DNA of 64,000 nucleotides from Escherichia phage HY01, in the sequence record NC_027349.1, one strand, 5' to 3'. The notes under the pieces are model-generated. The model was given only the letters and a program-made list of their open reading frames with translations. It ran no database searches and was not told the origin of the DNA. This document shows, in pieces, positions 12,368 through 22,814 of this stretch. The position numbers and the translations under genes were made by a program. The number at the start of each line of letters is the position of its first letter. Position 1 is the first letter of the stretch.

Positions 12368-12396
12368 TAGATATATTTATTACATGGTATTTAGAC

Positions 12397-13908
12397 ATGA
12401 CTGACATTAAAGTACATTTTTATGATTTTAGTCACGTGAGAATTGATTGTGAAGAAAGTACATTTCATGAACTCCGTGATTTCTTTAGCTTTGAAGCTGA
12501 TGGGTATCGTTTTAATCCGAAGTACAAATATGGTCATTGGGATGGGCGAATCCGTCTTTTAGATTATAATCGACTTCTTCCATTCGGCTTAGTCGGGCAA
12601 ATTAAAAAGTTCTGTGATAACTTTGGCTATAAAGCCTGGATTGACCCGCAGATTAACGAAAAAGAAGAATTATCAAGAAAAGATTTTGATGAATGGCTTT
12701 CTAAATTAGAAATCTATTCAGGAAATAAAAGAATTGAACCGCACTGGTATCAAAAAGATGCAGTGTTCGAAGGATTAGTTAATCGTCGTAGAATTCTTAA
12801 TCTTCCAACATCCGCAGGTAAATCTTTAATTCAAGCTTTGCTTGCACGTTATTATTTGGAAAATTATGAAGGTAAAATTCTTATCATTGTTCCAACAACT
12901 GCTCTGACAACTCAGATGGCTGATGACTTTGTTGACTATCGTTTATTCAGTCATGCAATGATAAAGAAAATCGGTGGTGGAGCATCAAAAGATGATAAAT
13001 ATAAAAATGATGCACCAGTAATTGTTGGTACATGGCAAACTGTAGTAAAACAACCAAAAGAATGGTTCTCGCAGTTTGGAATGATGATGAACGATGAATG
13101 CCATCTTGCCACAGGAAAAAGTATTTCATCTATCATATCAGGTTTAAATAACTGCATGTTCAAATTTGGTCTATCGGGTTCATTACGTGATGGCAAAGCT
13201 AATATCATGCAGTATGTTGGAATGTTTGGTGAAATATTTAAGCCAGTAACGACTTCTAAATTAATGGAAGATGGACAAGTAACTGAGTTAAAAATTAATA
13301 GTATTTTTCTTCGCTATCCTGATGAGTTCACTACTAAATTAAAGGGAAAAACTTACCAAGAAGAAATAAAAATTATTACTGGGCTCAGTAAAAGAAATAA
13401 ATGGATCGCTAAATTAGCTATTAAGCTTGCGCAAAAAGATGAAAACGCTTTTGTCATGTTTAAACATGTATCACATGGTAAAGCTATTTTCGATTTAATT
13501 AAAAATGAATACGATAAAGTTTATTACGTATCAGGGGAAGTTGATACCGAAACCCGCAATGTAATGAAAACCTTAGCTGAAAATGGTAAAGGAATAATTA
13601 TAGTAGCTAGTTATGGTGTATTTTCTACTGGTATTTCAGTTAAAAATCTGCATCATGTTGTTTTAGCGCACGGTGTTAAATCTAAAATTATTGTATTGCA
13701 AACAATAGGTCGCGTATTACGTAAGCATGGTTCTAAAACAATCGCAACAGTCTGGGACCTCATAGATGATTGCGGTGTTAAGCCAAAATCTGCTAATACG
13801 AAAAAGAAATACGTTCATTTGAACTATCTTTTAAAACACGGCATTGATCGTATTCAGCGCTACGCAGATGAAAAATTTAATTACGTAATGAAAACAGTTA
13901 ATTTATAA
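12397..13908 (+). CDS. uvsW: UvsW DNA/RNA helicase (503 aa)
   Basis: Walker A (LPTSAGKS) and DECH box (MMNDECH); late promoter TATAAATA upstream. Confidence 0.9.
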   Translation: MTDIKVHFYDFSHVRIDCEESTFHELRDFFSFEADGYRFNPKYKYGHWDGRIRLLDYNRLLPFGLVGQIKKFCDNFGYKAWIDPQINEKEELSRKDFDEWLSKLEIYSGNKRIEPHWYQKDAVFEGLVNRRRILNLPTSAGKSLIQALLARYYLENYEGKILIIVPTTALTTQMADDFVDYRLFSHAMIKKIGGGASKDDKYKNDAPVIVGTWQTVVKQPKEWFSQFGMMMNDECHLATGKSISSIISGLNNCMFKFGLSGSLRDGKANIMQYVGMFGEIFKPVTTSKLMEDGQVTELKINSIFLRYPDEFTTKLKGKTYQEEIKIITGLSKRNKWIAKLAIKLAQKDENAFVMFKHVSHGKAIFDLIKNEYDKVYYVSGEVDTETRNVMKTLAENGKGIIIVASYGVFSTGISVKNLHHVVLAHGVKSKIIVLQTIGRVLRKHGSKTIATVWDLIDDCGVKPKSANTKKKYVHLNYLLKHGIDRIQRYADEKFNYVMKTVNL

Positions 13909-13933
13909 GGGCTTCGGCCCTTTGGAGAAAAAG

Positions 13934-14164
13934 ATGTTACTAGAATTTAAACAATTTCTTTATGAAGCTTCTATTGATGAATTTATGGGTAAAATTGCAT
14001 CATGCCAAACATTAGAAGGTCTAGAAGAACTTGAAGCTTATTATAAGAAAAGAGTTAAAGAAACTGAATTAAAAGATACTGATGACATCTCTGTGAGAGA
14101 TGCTTTGGCAGGAAAAAGAGCTGAATTAGAAGATTCAGACGATGAAGTAGAAGAAAGCTTTTAA
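13934..14164 (+). CDS. uvsW.1: UvsW.1 small acidic protein (76 aa from ATG 13934; track ORF uses TTG at 13922)
   Basis: GGAG SD 6 nt before ATG 13934; size equals T4 UvsW.1. Confidence 0.6.
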   Translation: MLLEFKQFLYEASIDEFMGKIASCQTLEGLEELEAYYKKRVKETELKDTDDISVRDALAGKRAELEDSDDEVEESF

Positions 14165-14219
14165 ATTAAAAAAGGCCCAACCAAAAAGGAAGGGCCAAAA
14201 CTATAGACTAAAGGTCACA

Positions 14220-14387
14220 CTATAGCAAAAGTTGTGTTTCATTTAATTGTTCTTCCGAACTTTCTGAAACTGGTAGTTCTTTAATGTAATTATAACAAGG
14301 CCCAGGATGTACAGGACCTTTGTCTGTTTCAACAACCAATGCAGAATCGATTGGAGTTTTACAGACAACACAAATCTTATCTGACAT
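14220..14387 (-). CDS. Small Cys-containing protein, 55 aa (uvsY.-2 position), absent from ORF track
   Basis: ATG 14387 preceded by AGAGGAGA SD; MSDKICVVCKTPIDS...; stop TAG at 14220-14222. Confidence 0.45.
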   Translation of the reverse strand: MSDKICVVCKTPIDSALVVETDKGPVHPGPCYNYIKELPVSESSEEQLNETQLLL

Positions 14388-14415
14388 GATTGTCTCCTCT
14401 AAATTATATATCTAT

Positions 14416-14640
14416 TTATATAACTCTCATATGCATATCAATGCCCATATCTTTAGAATAAAAATATTCATCAAGATATCCGGCAAATTTTCCTTTAATA
14501 TAAAGGACATCTTCACCGCATGGATGGTCGGCCAGGATACGAATATCCTGACGCTTGAGATTATACTTTTTCATTAAGAATTGAATTTCCGTTTCGAATT
14601 CTTCTTCATAATTAAAAGCATCATCAATGCTATATTTCAT
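14416..14640 (-). CDS. Hypothetical protein (uvsY.-1 position)
   Basis: ORF immediately downstream of uvsY, overlapping ATGA. Confidence 0.55.
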   Translation of the reverse strand: MKYSIDDAFNYEEEFETEIQFLMKKYNLKRQDIRILADHPCGEDVLYIKGKFAGYLDEYFYSKDMGIDMHMRVI

Positions 14641-15053
14641 TATTTTCCAGCCTCAAATGCTCGCATGTCTTGAATATGCTTAATAGCAAATCCACGTGAT
14701 TTTATAGCATCAAGAGCTCCGCTACAGAAATCCAATAAAATTCCCCAATATTGTAATGAAGTATCAACTTTTAAAACATCCTTATCAGCTGATAGAACTG
14801 TCTTCATTTCTGATTTCTCATAACGATCCATACTAAATTCATCACCATCTCCTCGTCCCGAGTAGTAGTCTAATTTAGCTTTAAGAGCAACTTTTTTCTG
14901 TGCGTCAATTCTAAGCATTTCCTTTTTAATACTTGAATGCTTATTAAGCCATTTACTATATAACATCACATTATTAGCTGCTTCATACTGTAATTTAGTC
15001 GAATCTATAAACACATCTTTCTTCAATTCTTCTTGAAGATCTTCTAATTTCAT
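14640..15053 (-). CDS. uvsY: UvsY recombination mediator (137 aa)
   Basis: Sequence as T4 UvsY (MRLEDLQEELKK... vs MKLEDLQEELKK here). Confidence 0.85.
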   Translation of the reverse strand: MKLEDLQEELKKDVFIDSTKLQYEAANNVMLYSKWLNKHSSIKKEMLRIDAQKKVALKAKLDYYSGRGDGDEFSMDRYEKSEMKTVLSADKDVLKVDTSLQYWGILLDFCSGALDAIKSRGFAIKHIQDMRAFEAGK

Positions 15054-15119
15054 ATTGTTCTCTATTCAATTGTTATTGGATGGACTTAGATTCATTATAC
15101 CACGTTTATACGTGAAGCA

Positions 15120-15518
15120 TTATACTCTATTACTGGAAGCCAGCTGTAGTTTTATCTGCTCAATATCATCAGGGTTATCGATGACCGAAAAGCGTATTTC
15201 TACTATCAGAGTATAATCATCATAAACTGGTATTACATTAACTGCTAATTTATCAATACGTGGCTCGTAGTTTCTTACTGCGCTTTCAATGTTACGCTCA
15301 ACAGTATCAGCAGTAAGAGGAGTCATATTCTCAAAAAGCTGATCAGATAAATCGCATCCAAATTCTGGGTCAAATGGCCTTGACCCTTTTCTGGTTGTAA
15401 TAATTCCTAAAAGACTATTTTTAATTGACCTTAATCCAAGAGACCTGGAAACGTCTTTGTCCCAATCCATTTTCATTTCTGGGTCAATGTCAGAATAAAG
15501 CTTATTAATATTTGCCAT
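15120..15518 (-). CDS. 25: Baseplate wedge protein gp25 (132 aa)
   Basis: Size/sequence as T4 gp25. Confidence 0.85.
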   Translation of the reverse strand: MANINKLYSDIDPEMKMDWDKDVSRSLGLRSIKNSLLGIITTRKGSRPFDPEFGCDLSDQLFENMTPLTADTVERNIESAVRNYEPRIDKLAVNVIPVYDDYTLIVEIRFSVIDNPDDIEQIKLQLASSNRV

Positions 15519-16144
15519 TACAATAGCTCAAAGAATTCTTTGAGTCCTCTTATTACATGAGCGTGAGTTTTTCCACACTCTGGACACTTAATTGGAACAG
15601 CCAAATAAACAGTAGGCTTTAAAAGCATATCTTTTATAGCTACAATATCTGACTCTGTGATGATAGAATATAAATCTTCCAGTTCTTTTTCATTTAAGTC
15701 TTCAACTGGAATGCTTTCACCGTTAGCATGAATCGTTTCTATACATGATACTATCATGTGGGCTATATTTTTATCATCAAAAATTTTAGGGTAATGGAAC
15801 TTAATTTTAATGTCACCCAGTGTATACCAGAGGTCTTCTGGTGCATCTATTTGTGTATGTAATAGATTTATATGAGTTGGTATTTCAGTTCCACAGGTGC
15901 ACTTCCAGGAGTTTTCGTGATTAACTTCTCCAAGAGAATGTGCCCATAAATGAATCAGCAGTAGTTCTGATTCTTGGCGGTTTAAATCTTTTGCATTTGT
16001 GCAGTCTTTAATTAGCTTTTTAACGATCTCTTCTACTGAACCGTTCTTTTTAGCAGTAATAAGTTCTAGATATTCTTTAAGAGTAAATGCGCGACAGTTG
16101 ATTATTTTAGAACCAACTCTCACATCAAATTTGTATTCATACAT
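15518..16144 (-). CDS. 26: Baseplate hub protein gp26 (208 aa)
   Basis: Size/position as T4 gp26; Cys pairs (CTCGTE, CPECGK). Confidence 0.8.
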   Translation of the reverse strand: MYEYKFDVRVGSKIINCRAFTLKEYLELITAKKNGSVEEIVKKLIKDCTNAKDLNRQESELLLIHLWAHSLGEVNHENSWKCTCGTEIPTHINLLHTQIDAPEDLWYTLGDIKIKFHYPKIFDDKNIAHMIVSCIETIHANGESIPVEDLNEKELEDLYSIITESDIVAIKDMLLKPTVYLAVPIKCPECGKTHAHVIRGLKEFFELL

Positions 16145-16165
16145 ATTTAGCTCCTTTATTTATCA

Positions 16166-16177
16166 TATTTATAAATA
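16166..16177. promoter_or_regulatory. Overlapping divergent late promoters (TATAAATA on both strands) for genes 26 (-) and 51 (+)
   Basis: Sequence TATTTATAAATA reads TATAAATA on each strand. Confidence 0.5.
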
Positions 16178-16194
16178 GAATAAAAGGAGCATCT

Positions 16195-16944
16195 ATGGCA
16201 AACATTATTCGTTGTAAATTACCAGATGGTGTTCATCGTTTTAAACCATTTACGGTAGAAGATTATCGAGATTTTTTGTTAGTTCGAAACGATATAGAAC
16301 ATCGGTCACCACAAGAACAAAAAGAAATAATTGCTGATTTAATTGCCGATTATTTTGGAGACTATCCGAAGACTTGGCAACCATTTATATTTTTACAGGT
16401 ATTTGTAGGGTCAATAGGCAAAACTAAAGTACCGGTCACATTTGTATGCCCAAAATGTAAAAAAGAAAAGACAGTTCCATTTGAAATATATCAAAAAGAA
16501 TTAAAGGAACCTATTTTTGACGTAGCTAATGTTAGAATTAAATTAAATTTTCCTTCTGAGTTTTATGAAAATAAAGCAAAGATGATTACTGAAAATATTC
16601 ATTCTGTTCAAGTAGATGAAATATGGTATGATTGGAAGGAAATTAGTGAATCAAGTCAAATAGAACTTGTTGACGCCATTGAGATAGAAACATTAGAAAA
16701 AATTCTCGATGCAATGAATCCTATTAATTTAACACTGCATATGTCGTGTTGTAATAAGTATGTAAAAAAATACACTGATATAGTAGATGTGTTTAAGCTA
16801 TTAGTTAATCCAGATGAGATATTTACTTTTTATCAAATTAATCACACACTTGTAAAAAGTAATTATAGCTTAAATTCAATAATGAAAATGATTCCTGCTG
16901 AGCGCGGATTCGTATTAAAACTGATTGAGAAGGATAAACAATAA
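16195..16944 (+). CDS. 51: Baseplate hub assembly protein gp51 (249 aa)
   Basis: Size/position as T4 gp51; CPKC and CC Cys motifs. Confidence 0.8.
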   Translation: MANIIRCKLPDGVHRFKPFTVEDYRDFLLVRNDIEHRSPQEQKEIIADLIADYFGDYPKTWQPFIFLQVFVGSIGKTKVPVTFVCPKCKKEKTVPFEIYQKELKEPIFDVANVRIKLNFPSEFYENKAKMITENIHSVQVDEIWYDWKEISESSQIELVDAIEIETLEKILDAMNPINLTLHMSCCNKYVKKYTDIVDVFKLLVNPDEIFTFYQINHTLVKSNYSLNSIMKMIPAERGFVLKLIEKDKQ

Positions 16945-18119
16945 TGAGTATGTTGCAACGCCCCGGATATCCAAATCTCAGCGTTAAATTATTTGAGAGT
17001 TATGACGCTTGGAGTAATAATAGATTTGTTGAATTAGCTGCTACTATTACCACATTAACTATGCGGGATTCTCTTTATGGTCGAAATGAAGGAATGCTAC
17101 AGTTTTATGATTCTAAAAATATCCATACAAAAATGGATGGGAACGAAATAATTCAGATTTCTGTAGCTAATGCAAACTATATTAATAATGTTAAAACAAG
17201 AATTTATGGATGTAAGCATTTTTCTGTATCTGTAGATTCAAAGGGCGATAACATCATTGCTATTGAATTGGGAACTATTCATTCCATAGAAAATCTTAAA
17301 TTTGGCAGACCGTTTTTCTCTGATGTAGGTGAATCTATAAAGGAAATGCTTGGCGTCATTTACCAGGATCGCACATTATTAACTCCAGCGATAAATGCTA
17401 TAAATGCTTATGTTCCTGATATTCCGTGGACTAGTACATTTGAAAACTATTTGTCATATGTCAGAGAAGTTGCTCTAGCTGTAGGAAGTGACAAATTTGT
17501 GTTTGTGTGGCAAGACATCATGGGAGTTAACATGATGGACTATGATATGATGATAAATCAAGAACCATATCCAATGATTGTTGGTGAGCCATCTTTAATA
17601 GGTCAATTCATCCAAGAATTAAAATATCCATTAGCATATGATTTCGTTTGGTTGACTAAATCGAATCCTCACAAACGTGACCCAATGAAAAATGCTACTA
17701 TCTATGCTCATTCATTTTTAGATTCTTCATTGCCAATGATTACTACAGGAAAGGGCGAAAACTCTATTGTAGTGTCAAGGTCAGGTGCTTATTCTGAAAT
17801 GACTTATAGGAATGGCTATGAAGAAGCTATTCGTCTTCAAACTATGGCGCAATATGACGGCTATGCTAAATGTTCTACTGTCGGTAATTTTAACTTAACC
17901 CCTGGCGTTAAAATTATTTTTAATGATAGTAAAAACCAATTTAAAACAGAATTTTACGTTGATGAAGTCATCCATGAATTATCAAATAATAATTCAGTAA
18001 CTCATCTATATATGTTCACTAATGCAACGAAACTGGAAACAATAGACCCAGTTAAGGTTAAAAATGAATTTAAATCTGATACTACCACTGAAGAAAGTAG
18101 TTCTTCCAATAAGCAATAA
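16944..18119 (+). CDS. 27: Baseplate hub protein gp27 (391 aa)
   Basis: Size/position as T4 gp27. Confidence 0.85.
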   Translation: MSMLQRPGYPNLSVKLFESYDAWSNNRFVELAATITTLTMRDSLYGRNEGMLQFYDSKNIHTKMDGNEIIQISVANANYINNVKTRIYGCKHFSVSVDSKGDNIIAIELGTIHSIENLKFGRPFFSDVGESIKEMLGVIYQDRTLLTPAINAINAYVPDIPWTSTFENYLSYVREVALAVGSDKFVFVWQDIMGVNMMDYDMMINQEPYPMIVGEPSLIGQFIQELKYPLAYDFVWLTKSNPHKRDPMKNATIYAHSFLDSSLPMITTGKGENSIVVSRSGAYSEMTYRNGYEEAIRLQTMAQYDGYAKCSTVGNFNLTPGVKIIFNDSKNQFKTEFYVDEVIHELSNNNSVTHLYMFTNATKLETIDPVKVKNEFKSDTTTEESSSSNKQ

Positions 18120-18597
18120 AGAAGTTTCTATTCCTAAAATGGGTCTTAAACATTATAACATTTTAAAAGATGTTAAAGGACCCGATGAAAATTTAAAACT
18201 TTTGATCGATTCTATTTGTCCAAATTTATCACCGGCAGAAGTTGATTTCGTTTCTATTCATTTATTGGAATTTAATGGAAAGATTAAATCTCGTAAAGAA
18301 ATAGATGGTTATACTTATGACATTAATGATGTTTATGTATGCCAAAGATTGGAATTTCAATACCAAGGAAATACATTTTATTTTAGACCTCCTGGAAAAT
18401 TTGAACAATTTTTAACTGTGAGCGATATGTTATCCAAATGCTTGCTTAAGGTCAATGATGAAGTTAAAGAAATTAATTTTCTTGAGATGCCAGCATTCGT
18501 TTTAAAATGGGCAAATGATATTTCTACAACTTTAGCAATTCCTGGCCCTAATGGTCCAATAACTGGAATTGGTAATATTATTGGATTATTTGAATGA
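18064..18597 (+). CDS. 28: Baseplate hub distal protein gp28 (177 aa)
   Basis: Overlaps 3' end of gene 27 in another frame; size as T4 gp28. Confidence 0.75.
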   Translation: MNLNLILPLKKVVLPISNKEVSIPKMGLKHYNILKDVKGPDENLKLLIDSICPNLSPAEVDFVSIHLLEFNGKIKSRKEIDGYTYDINDVYVCQRLEFQYQGNTFYFRPPGKFEQFLTVSDMLSKCLLKVNDEVKEINFLEMPAFVLKWANDISTTLAIPGPNGPITGIGNIIGLFE

Positions 18598-20366
18598 AAA
18601 AGCCACAAGAAATGCAAACGATGCGTAGAAAAGTTATTTCAGATAATAAACCAACACAGGAAGCGGCTAAATCCGCTTCTAATACTTTATCTGGACTTAA
18701 CGATATATCTACGAAATTGGATGATGCTCAAGCTGCTTCTGAATTAATTGCTCAAACTGTCGAAGAAAAATCGAATGAAATAATTGGAGCAATTGACAAT
18801 GTAGAAAGCGCAGTGAGTGATACTACTGCTGGTTCTGAGTTAATTGCTGAAACTGTTGAAATTGGCAATAATATTAATAAAGAAATCGGCGAATCGCTCG
18901 GGAGCAAATTAGATAAATTAACGAGTTTACTAGAGCAAAAAATTCAGACAGCTGGAATTCAACAGACTGGAACTAGTTTAGCCACGGTTGAAAGCGCTAT
19001 TCCTGTTAAAGTTGTTGAGGACGATACAGCTGAATCTGTGGGTCCTTTATTACCGGCTCCTGAAGCAGTTAATAATGATCCTGATGCTGATTTTTTCCCT
19101 ACCCCTCAGCCAGTTGAACCCAAACAAGAATCGCCAGAAGAAAAACAGAAAAAAGAAGCATTTAATTTAAAATTATCTCAAGCTTTAGATAAATTAACAA
19201 AGACTGTTGATTTTGGATTTAAAAAATCCATTTCAATTACTGATAAAATATCAAGTATGTTATTTAAGTATACTGTCAGTGCTGCTATTGAAGCCGCTAA
19301 AATGACTGCAATGATATTGGCTGTTGTTGTTGGAATAGATCTGCTGATGGTTCACTTTAAATATTGGTCAGATAAATTTTCGCAGGCTTGGGATTTGTTT
19401 AGTACAGACTTTACTAAATTCTCTAGCGAAACCGGAACATGGGGTCCTTTATTACAGAGCATCTTTAGTTCTATTGATGAAATTAAAAAATTCTGGGAAG
19501 AGGGAGATTGGGGCGGTTTGACGGTAGCTATTGTAGAAGGGCTTGGAAAGGTTCTTTATAATTTAGGAGAACTTATTCAGCTTGGAATGGCTAAATTATC
19601 TGCTGCAATTCTTCGAGTCATTCCTGGTATGAAGGATACTGCTGATGAAGTAGAAGGAAGAGCGCTGGAAAATTTCCAAAATTCTACTGGAGCATCTCTC
19701 AATAAAGAAGACCAGGAAAAAGTTGCAAATTATCAAGATAAAAGAATGAACGGAGACCTTGGTCCGATAGCAAAAGGATTAGATAAAATTGCTAATTGGA
19801 AAACCCGTGCATCTAACTGGATTCGTGGCGTTGATAATAAAGAAGCACTAACTACCGACGAAGAACGTGCAGCAGAAGAAGAAAAATTAAAGCAACTTTC
19901 GCCAGAAGAAAGAAAAAATGCTTTAATGAAGGCTAATGAAGCCCGCGCCGCGATGATTCGTTTTGAAAAATATGCTGATTCAGCTGATATGAGTAAAGAC
20001 TCAACGGTTAAATCAGTTGAAGCTGCCTATGAAGACCTTAAAAAACGGATGGATGACCCGGATTTAAATAATTCACCGGCAGTTAAAAAAGAACTTGCTG
20101 CTAGATTTTCTAAAATTGATGCTACTTATCAAGAGCTCAAGAAAAATCAGCCTAATGCCAAACCTGAAACTTCTGCTAAATCGCCAGAAGCAAAACAAGT
20201 CCAGGTAATAGAAAAGAACAAAGCACAGCAAGCTCCTGTTCAACAAGCATCTCCTTCGATCAATAATACTAATAATGTTATTAAGAAAAATACTGTCGTT
20301 CATAATATGACACCCGTAACGAGCACGACTGCTCCTGGTGTATTTGATGCGACTGGAGTTAATTAA
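18594..20366 (+). CDS. 29: Tail length tape-measure / baseplate hub protein gp29 (590 aa)
   Basis: Size/position as T4 gp29; long helical regions. Confidence 0.85.
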   Translation: MKKPQEMQTMRRKVISDNKPTQEAAKSASNTLSGLNDISTKLDDAQAASELIAQTVEEKSNEIIGAIDNVESAVSDTTAGSELIAETVEIGNNINKEIGESLGSKLDKLTSLLEQKIQTAGIQQTGTSLATVESAIPVKVVEDDTAESVGPLLPAPEAVNNDPDADFFPTPQPVEPKQESPEEKQKKEAFNLKLSQALDKLTKTVDFGFKKSISITDKISSMLFKYTVSAAIEAAKMTAMILAVVVGIDLLMVHFKYWSDKFSQAWDLFSTDFTKFSSETGTWGPLLQSIFSSIDEIKKFWEEGDWGGLTVAIVEGLGKVLYNLGELIQLGMAKLSAAILRVIPGMKDTADEVEGRALENFQNSTGASLNKEDQEKVANYQDKRMNGDLGPIAKGLDKIANWKTRASNWIRGVDNKEALTTDEERAAEEEKLKQLSPEERKNALMKANEARAAMIRFEKYADSADMSKDSTVKSVEAAYEDLKKRMDDPDLNNSPAVKKELAARFSKIDATYQELKKNQPNAKPETSAKSPEAKQVQVIEKNKAQQAPVQQASPSINNTNNVIKKNTVVHNMTPVTSTTAPGVFDATGVN

Positions 20367-20374
20367 GGAATAAT

Positions 20375-21469
20375 ATGGCAATTGTTAAAGAAATAACTGC
20401 TGATTTAATTAAAAAGTCCGGTGAGAAAATTTCAGCCGGACAGAGTACTAAATCAGAAGTAGCAACTAAAACATACACTGCCCAGTTTCCAACTGGGCGT
20501 GCTAGTGGTAATGACACTACAGGGGACTTCCAGGTAACAGATCTATATAAGAATGGATTATTATTTACTGCATACAATATGTCATCTAGGGATTCTGGAA
20601 GTCTTAGATCGATGAGATCTAACTACTCTTCTTCATCTTCGAGTATTTTAAGTACAGCTAGAAACACTATTAGTAGTACAGTATCAAAACTATCAAATGG
20701 ATTAATATCAAACAATAATTCAGGAACAATAAGTAAAGCTCCTGTCGCAAACATTCTTTTACCGAGATCTAAATCTGACGTTGATACATCATCACATAGA
20801 TTTAATGATGTTCAAGAAAGTCTTATCAGCAGAGGCGGAGGTACTGCTACTGGTGTGTTAAGTAATATTGCTTCAACTGCAGTATTTGGGGCACTGGAAA
20901 GTATAACACAAGGTATAATGGCTGATAATAATGAACAGATTTATACGACAGCCAGAAGTATGTATGGTGGTGCTGAGAATAGAACTAAAGTGTTTACATG
21001 GGATTTGACTCCACGTTCAACAGAAGATTTGATGGCTATTATCAATATCTATCAATATTTTAACTATTTTTCTTATGGTGAAACTGGTAAATCTCAATAT
21101 GCTGCTGAAATAAAGGGGTATTTAGATGATTGGTATCGTTCTACGTTAATTGAACCTTTATCTCCGGAAGACGCAGCTAAAAATAAAACACTATTTGAGA
21201 AAATGACATCGAGTTTAACTAACGTTCTAGTAGTTTCAAACCCGACAATTTGGATGGTGAAAAACTTTGGTGCAACATCTAAGTTTGATGGAAAAACGGA
21301 AATATTTGGCCCATGTCAAATACAGAGCATCAGATTTGATAAAACGCCTAATGGTAACTTTAACGGATTAGCTATTGCTCCAAACCTCCCTAGTACATTT
21401 ACTCTTGAGATTACTATGAGAGAAATTATCACGTTAAACCGTGCTTCTTTATATGCGGGGACTTTTTAA
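20375..21469 (+). CDS. 48: Baseplate-tail tube junction protein gp48 (364 aa)
   Basis: Size/position as T4 gp48. Confidence 0.85.
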   Translation: MAIVKEITADLIKKSGEKISAGQSTKSEVATKTYTAQFPTGRASGNDTTGDFQVTDLYKNGLLFTAYNMSSRDSGSLRSMRSNYSSSSSSILSTARNTISSTVSKLSNGLISNNNSGTISKAPVANILLPRSKSDVDTSSHRFNDVQESLISRGGGTATGVLSNIASTAVFGALESITQGIMADNNEQIYTTARSMYGGAENRTKVFTWDLTPRSTEDLMAIINIYQYFNYFSYGETGKSQYAAEIKGYLDDWYRSTLIEPLSPEDAAKNKTLFEKMTSSLTNVLVVSNPTIWMVKNFGATSKFDGKTEIFGPCQIQSIRFDKTPNGNFNGLAIAPNLPSTFTLEITMREIITLNRASLYAGTF

Positions 21470-22434
21470 TGTATTCTTTAGAGGAATTTAATAATCAAGC
21501 AATAAACGCAGATTTCCAGCGTAATAATATGTTTAGCTGCGTTTTTGCGACAACTCCATCAACTAAAAGCTCTTCGTTGATAAGTTCAATTAGCAACTTT
21601 TCTTATAATAACTTGGGCCTAAATTCAGATTGGTTAGGATTGACTCAAGGCGATATTAATCAGGGAATTACCACGCTAATTACCGCTGGCACACAAAAAC
21701 TGATAAGAAAATCAGGGGTTAGTAAATATCTTATTGGTGCCATGAGTCAACGTACAGTTCAAAGTTTATTGGGCTCATTTACAGTTGGTACATATTTAAT
21801 TGACTTCTTTAATATGGCATATAATTCATCTGGATTGATGATATACTCTGTAAAAATGCCAGAGAATAGATTATCCTATGAAACTGACTGGAACTATAAT
21901 TCTCCTAATATTCGTATAACTGGGAGAGAATTAGACCCTTTGGTTATTTCATTTAGAATGGATTCAGAAGCTTGTAACTATCGTGCGATGCAAGACTGGG
22001 TTAACGCTGTTCAAGACCCAGTAACTGGACTGCGTGCTTTGCCACAAGATGTCGAGGCAGATATTCAGGTTAATCTTCATGCTCGTAATGGATTACCTCA
22101 TACTGCAGTGATGTTCACCGGATGCATTCCAGTGTCAGTGAGCGCTCCTGAGTTATCATATGATGGAGATAACCAAATAACTACATTTGATGTTACTTTT
22201 GCGTATAGAGTCATGCAGGCTGGGTCGGTTGATAGACAAGCTGCGCTTGAGTGGCTTGAATCTGCTGCTATAAATGGCATTCAAAGCGTTCTCGGAAATA
22301 GTGGAGGTGTTACTGGATTATCTAATTCGCTTTCACGACTTAGTAGATTAGGGGGAACTGCTGGAAGCATTTCAAACATTAATACTATGACAGGAATTGT
22401 CAATTCGCAAAGTAAAATATTAGGAGCAATATAA
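21469..22434 (+). CDS. 54: Baseplate tail-tube initiator gp54 (321 aa)
   Basis: Size/position as T4 gp54. Confidence 0.85.
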   Translation: MYSLEEFNNQAINADFQRNNMFSCVFATTPSTKSSSLISSISNFSYNNLGLNSDWLGLTQGDINQGITTLITAGTQKLIRKSGVSKYLIGAMSQRTVQSLLGSFTVGTYLIDFFNMAYNSSGLMIYSVKMPENRLSYETDWNYNSPNIRITGRELDPLVISFRMDSEACNYRAMQDWVNAVQDPVTGLRALPQDVEADIQVNLHARNGLPHTAVMFTGCIPVSVSAPELSYDGDNQITTFDVTFAYRVMQAGSVDRQAALEWLESAAINGIQSVLGNSGGVTGLSNSLSRLSRLGGTAGSISNINTMTGIVNSQSKILGAI

Positions 22435-22438
22435 CAAT

Positions 22439-22468
22439 GGGGACCGAAAGGTCCCCATATTTTTATTT
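22439..22468. terminator. Terminator after gene 54 (bidirectional)
   Basis: GGGGACC-GAAA-GGTCCCC hairpin plus T-run. Confidence 0.65.
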
Positions 22469-22753
22469 ACGGAATGAAATAAAAGCAGCAACTGAAGCAA
22501 CTAAACTGTCTTCAATATAAACTTCAATTTTTACCGGAGCTTCTGACTCAAATTTACCTGTTACTACACCTTGGAAAATGCTTTCAGTCTGTTCTGGCTT
22601 TGAAAAATTTTCAGAAGGAAAAATTCCGAACTTTTTATCTGTTCCAAAAATTTTGATAAATTCATCATAAACTGCTTCATTAAAAGCGTTATCAGCAGGA
22701 ATAACGCCTTCAACTACAAGTTCTTGACCTAAAAAGCGTAAAGAAGATTTCAT
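22463..22753 (-). CDS. Hypothetical protein, 96 aa
   Basis: ORF with GAGGA SD, driven by the repeated early-promoter cassette at 22761-22814. Confidence 0.5.
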   Translation of the reverse strand: MKSSLRFLGQELVVEGVIPADNAFNEAVYDEFIKIFGTDKKFGIFPSENFSKPEQTESIFQGVVTGKFESEAPVKIEVYIEDSLVASVAAFISFRK

Positions 22754-22760
22754 TTTGTGT

Positions 22761-22814
22761 TCCTCATGTTATGTCAGTAAGATTATTATAACACAACACG
22801 AGGGACTTGTAAAC
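22761..22814 (-). promoter_or_regulatory. Early-promoter cassette copy A (-35 GTTTACA, 17-nt spacer, -10 TATAAT, leader with GAGGA SD)
   Basis: Minus-strand GTTTACAAGTCCCTCGTGTTGTGTTATAATAATCTTACTGACATAACATGAGGA. Confidence 0.55.

Noticed and set aside
14320-14577. Plus-strand 85-aa ORF
   Set aside because: Overlaps the better-supported minus-strand uvsY.-1 and uvsY.-2 ORFs and has no ribosome-binding site; probably spurious
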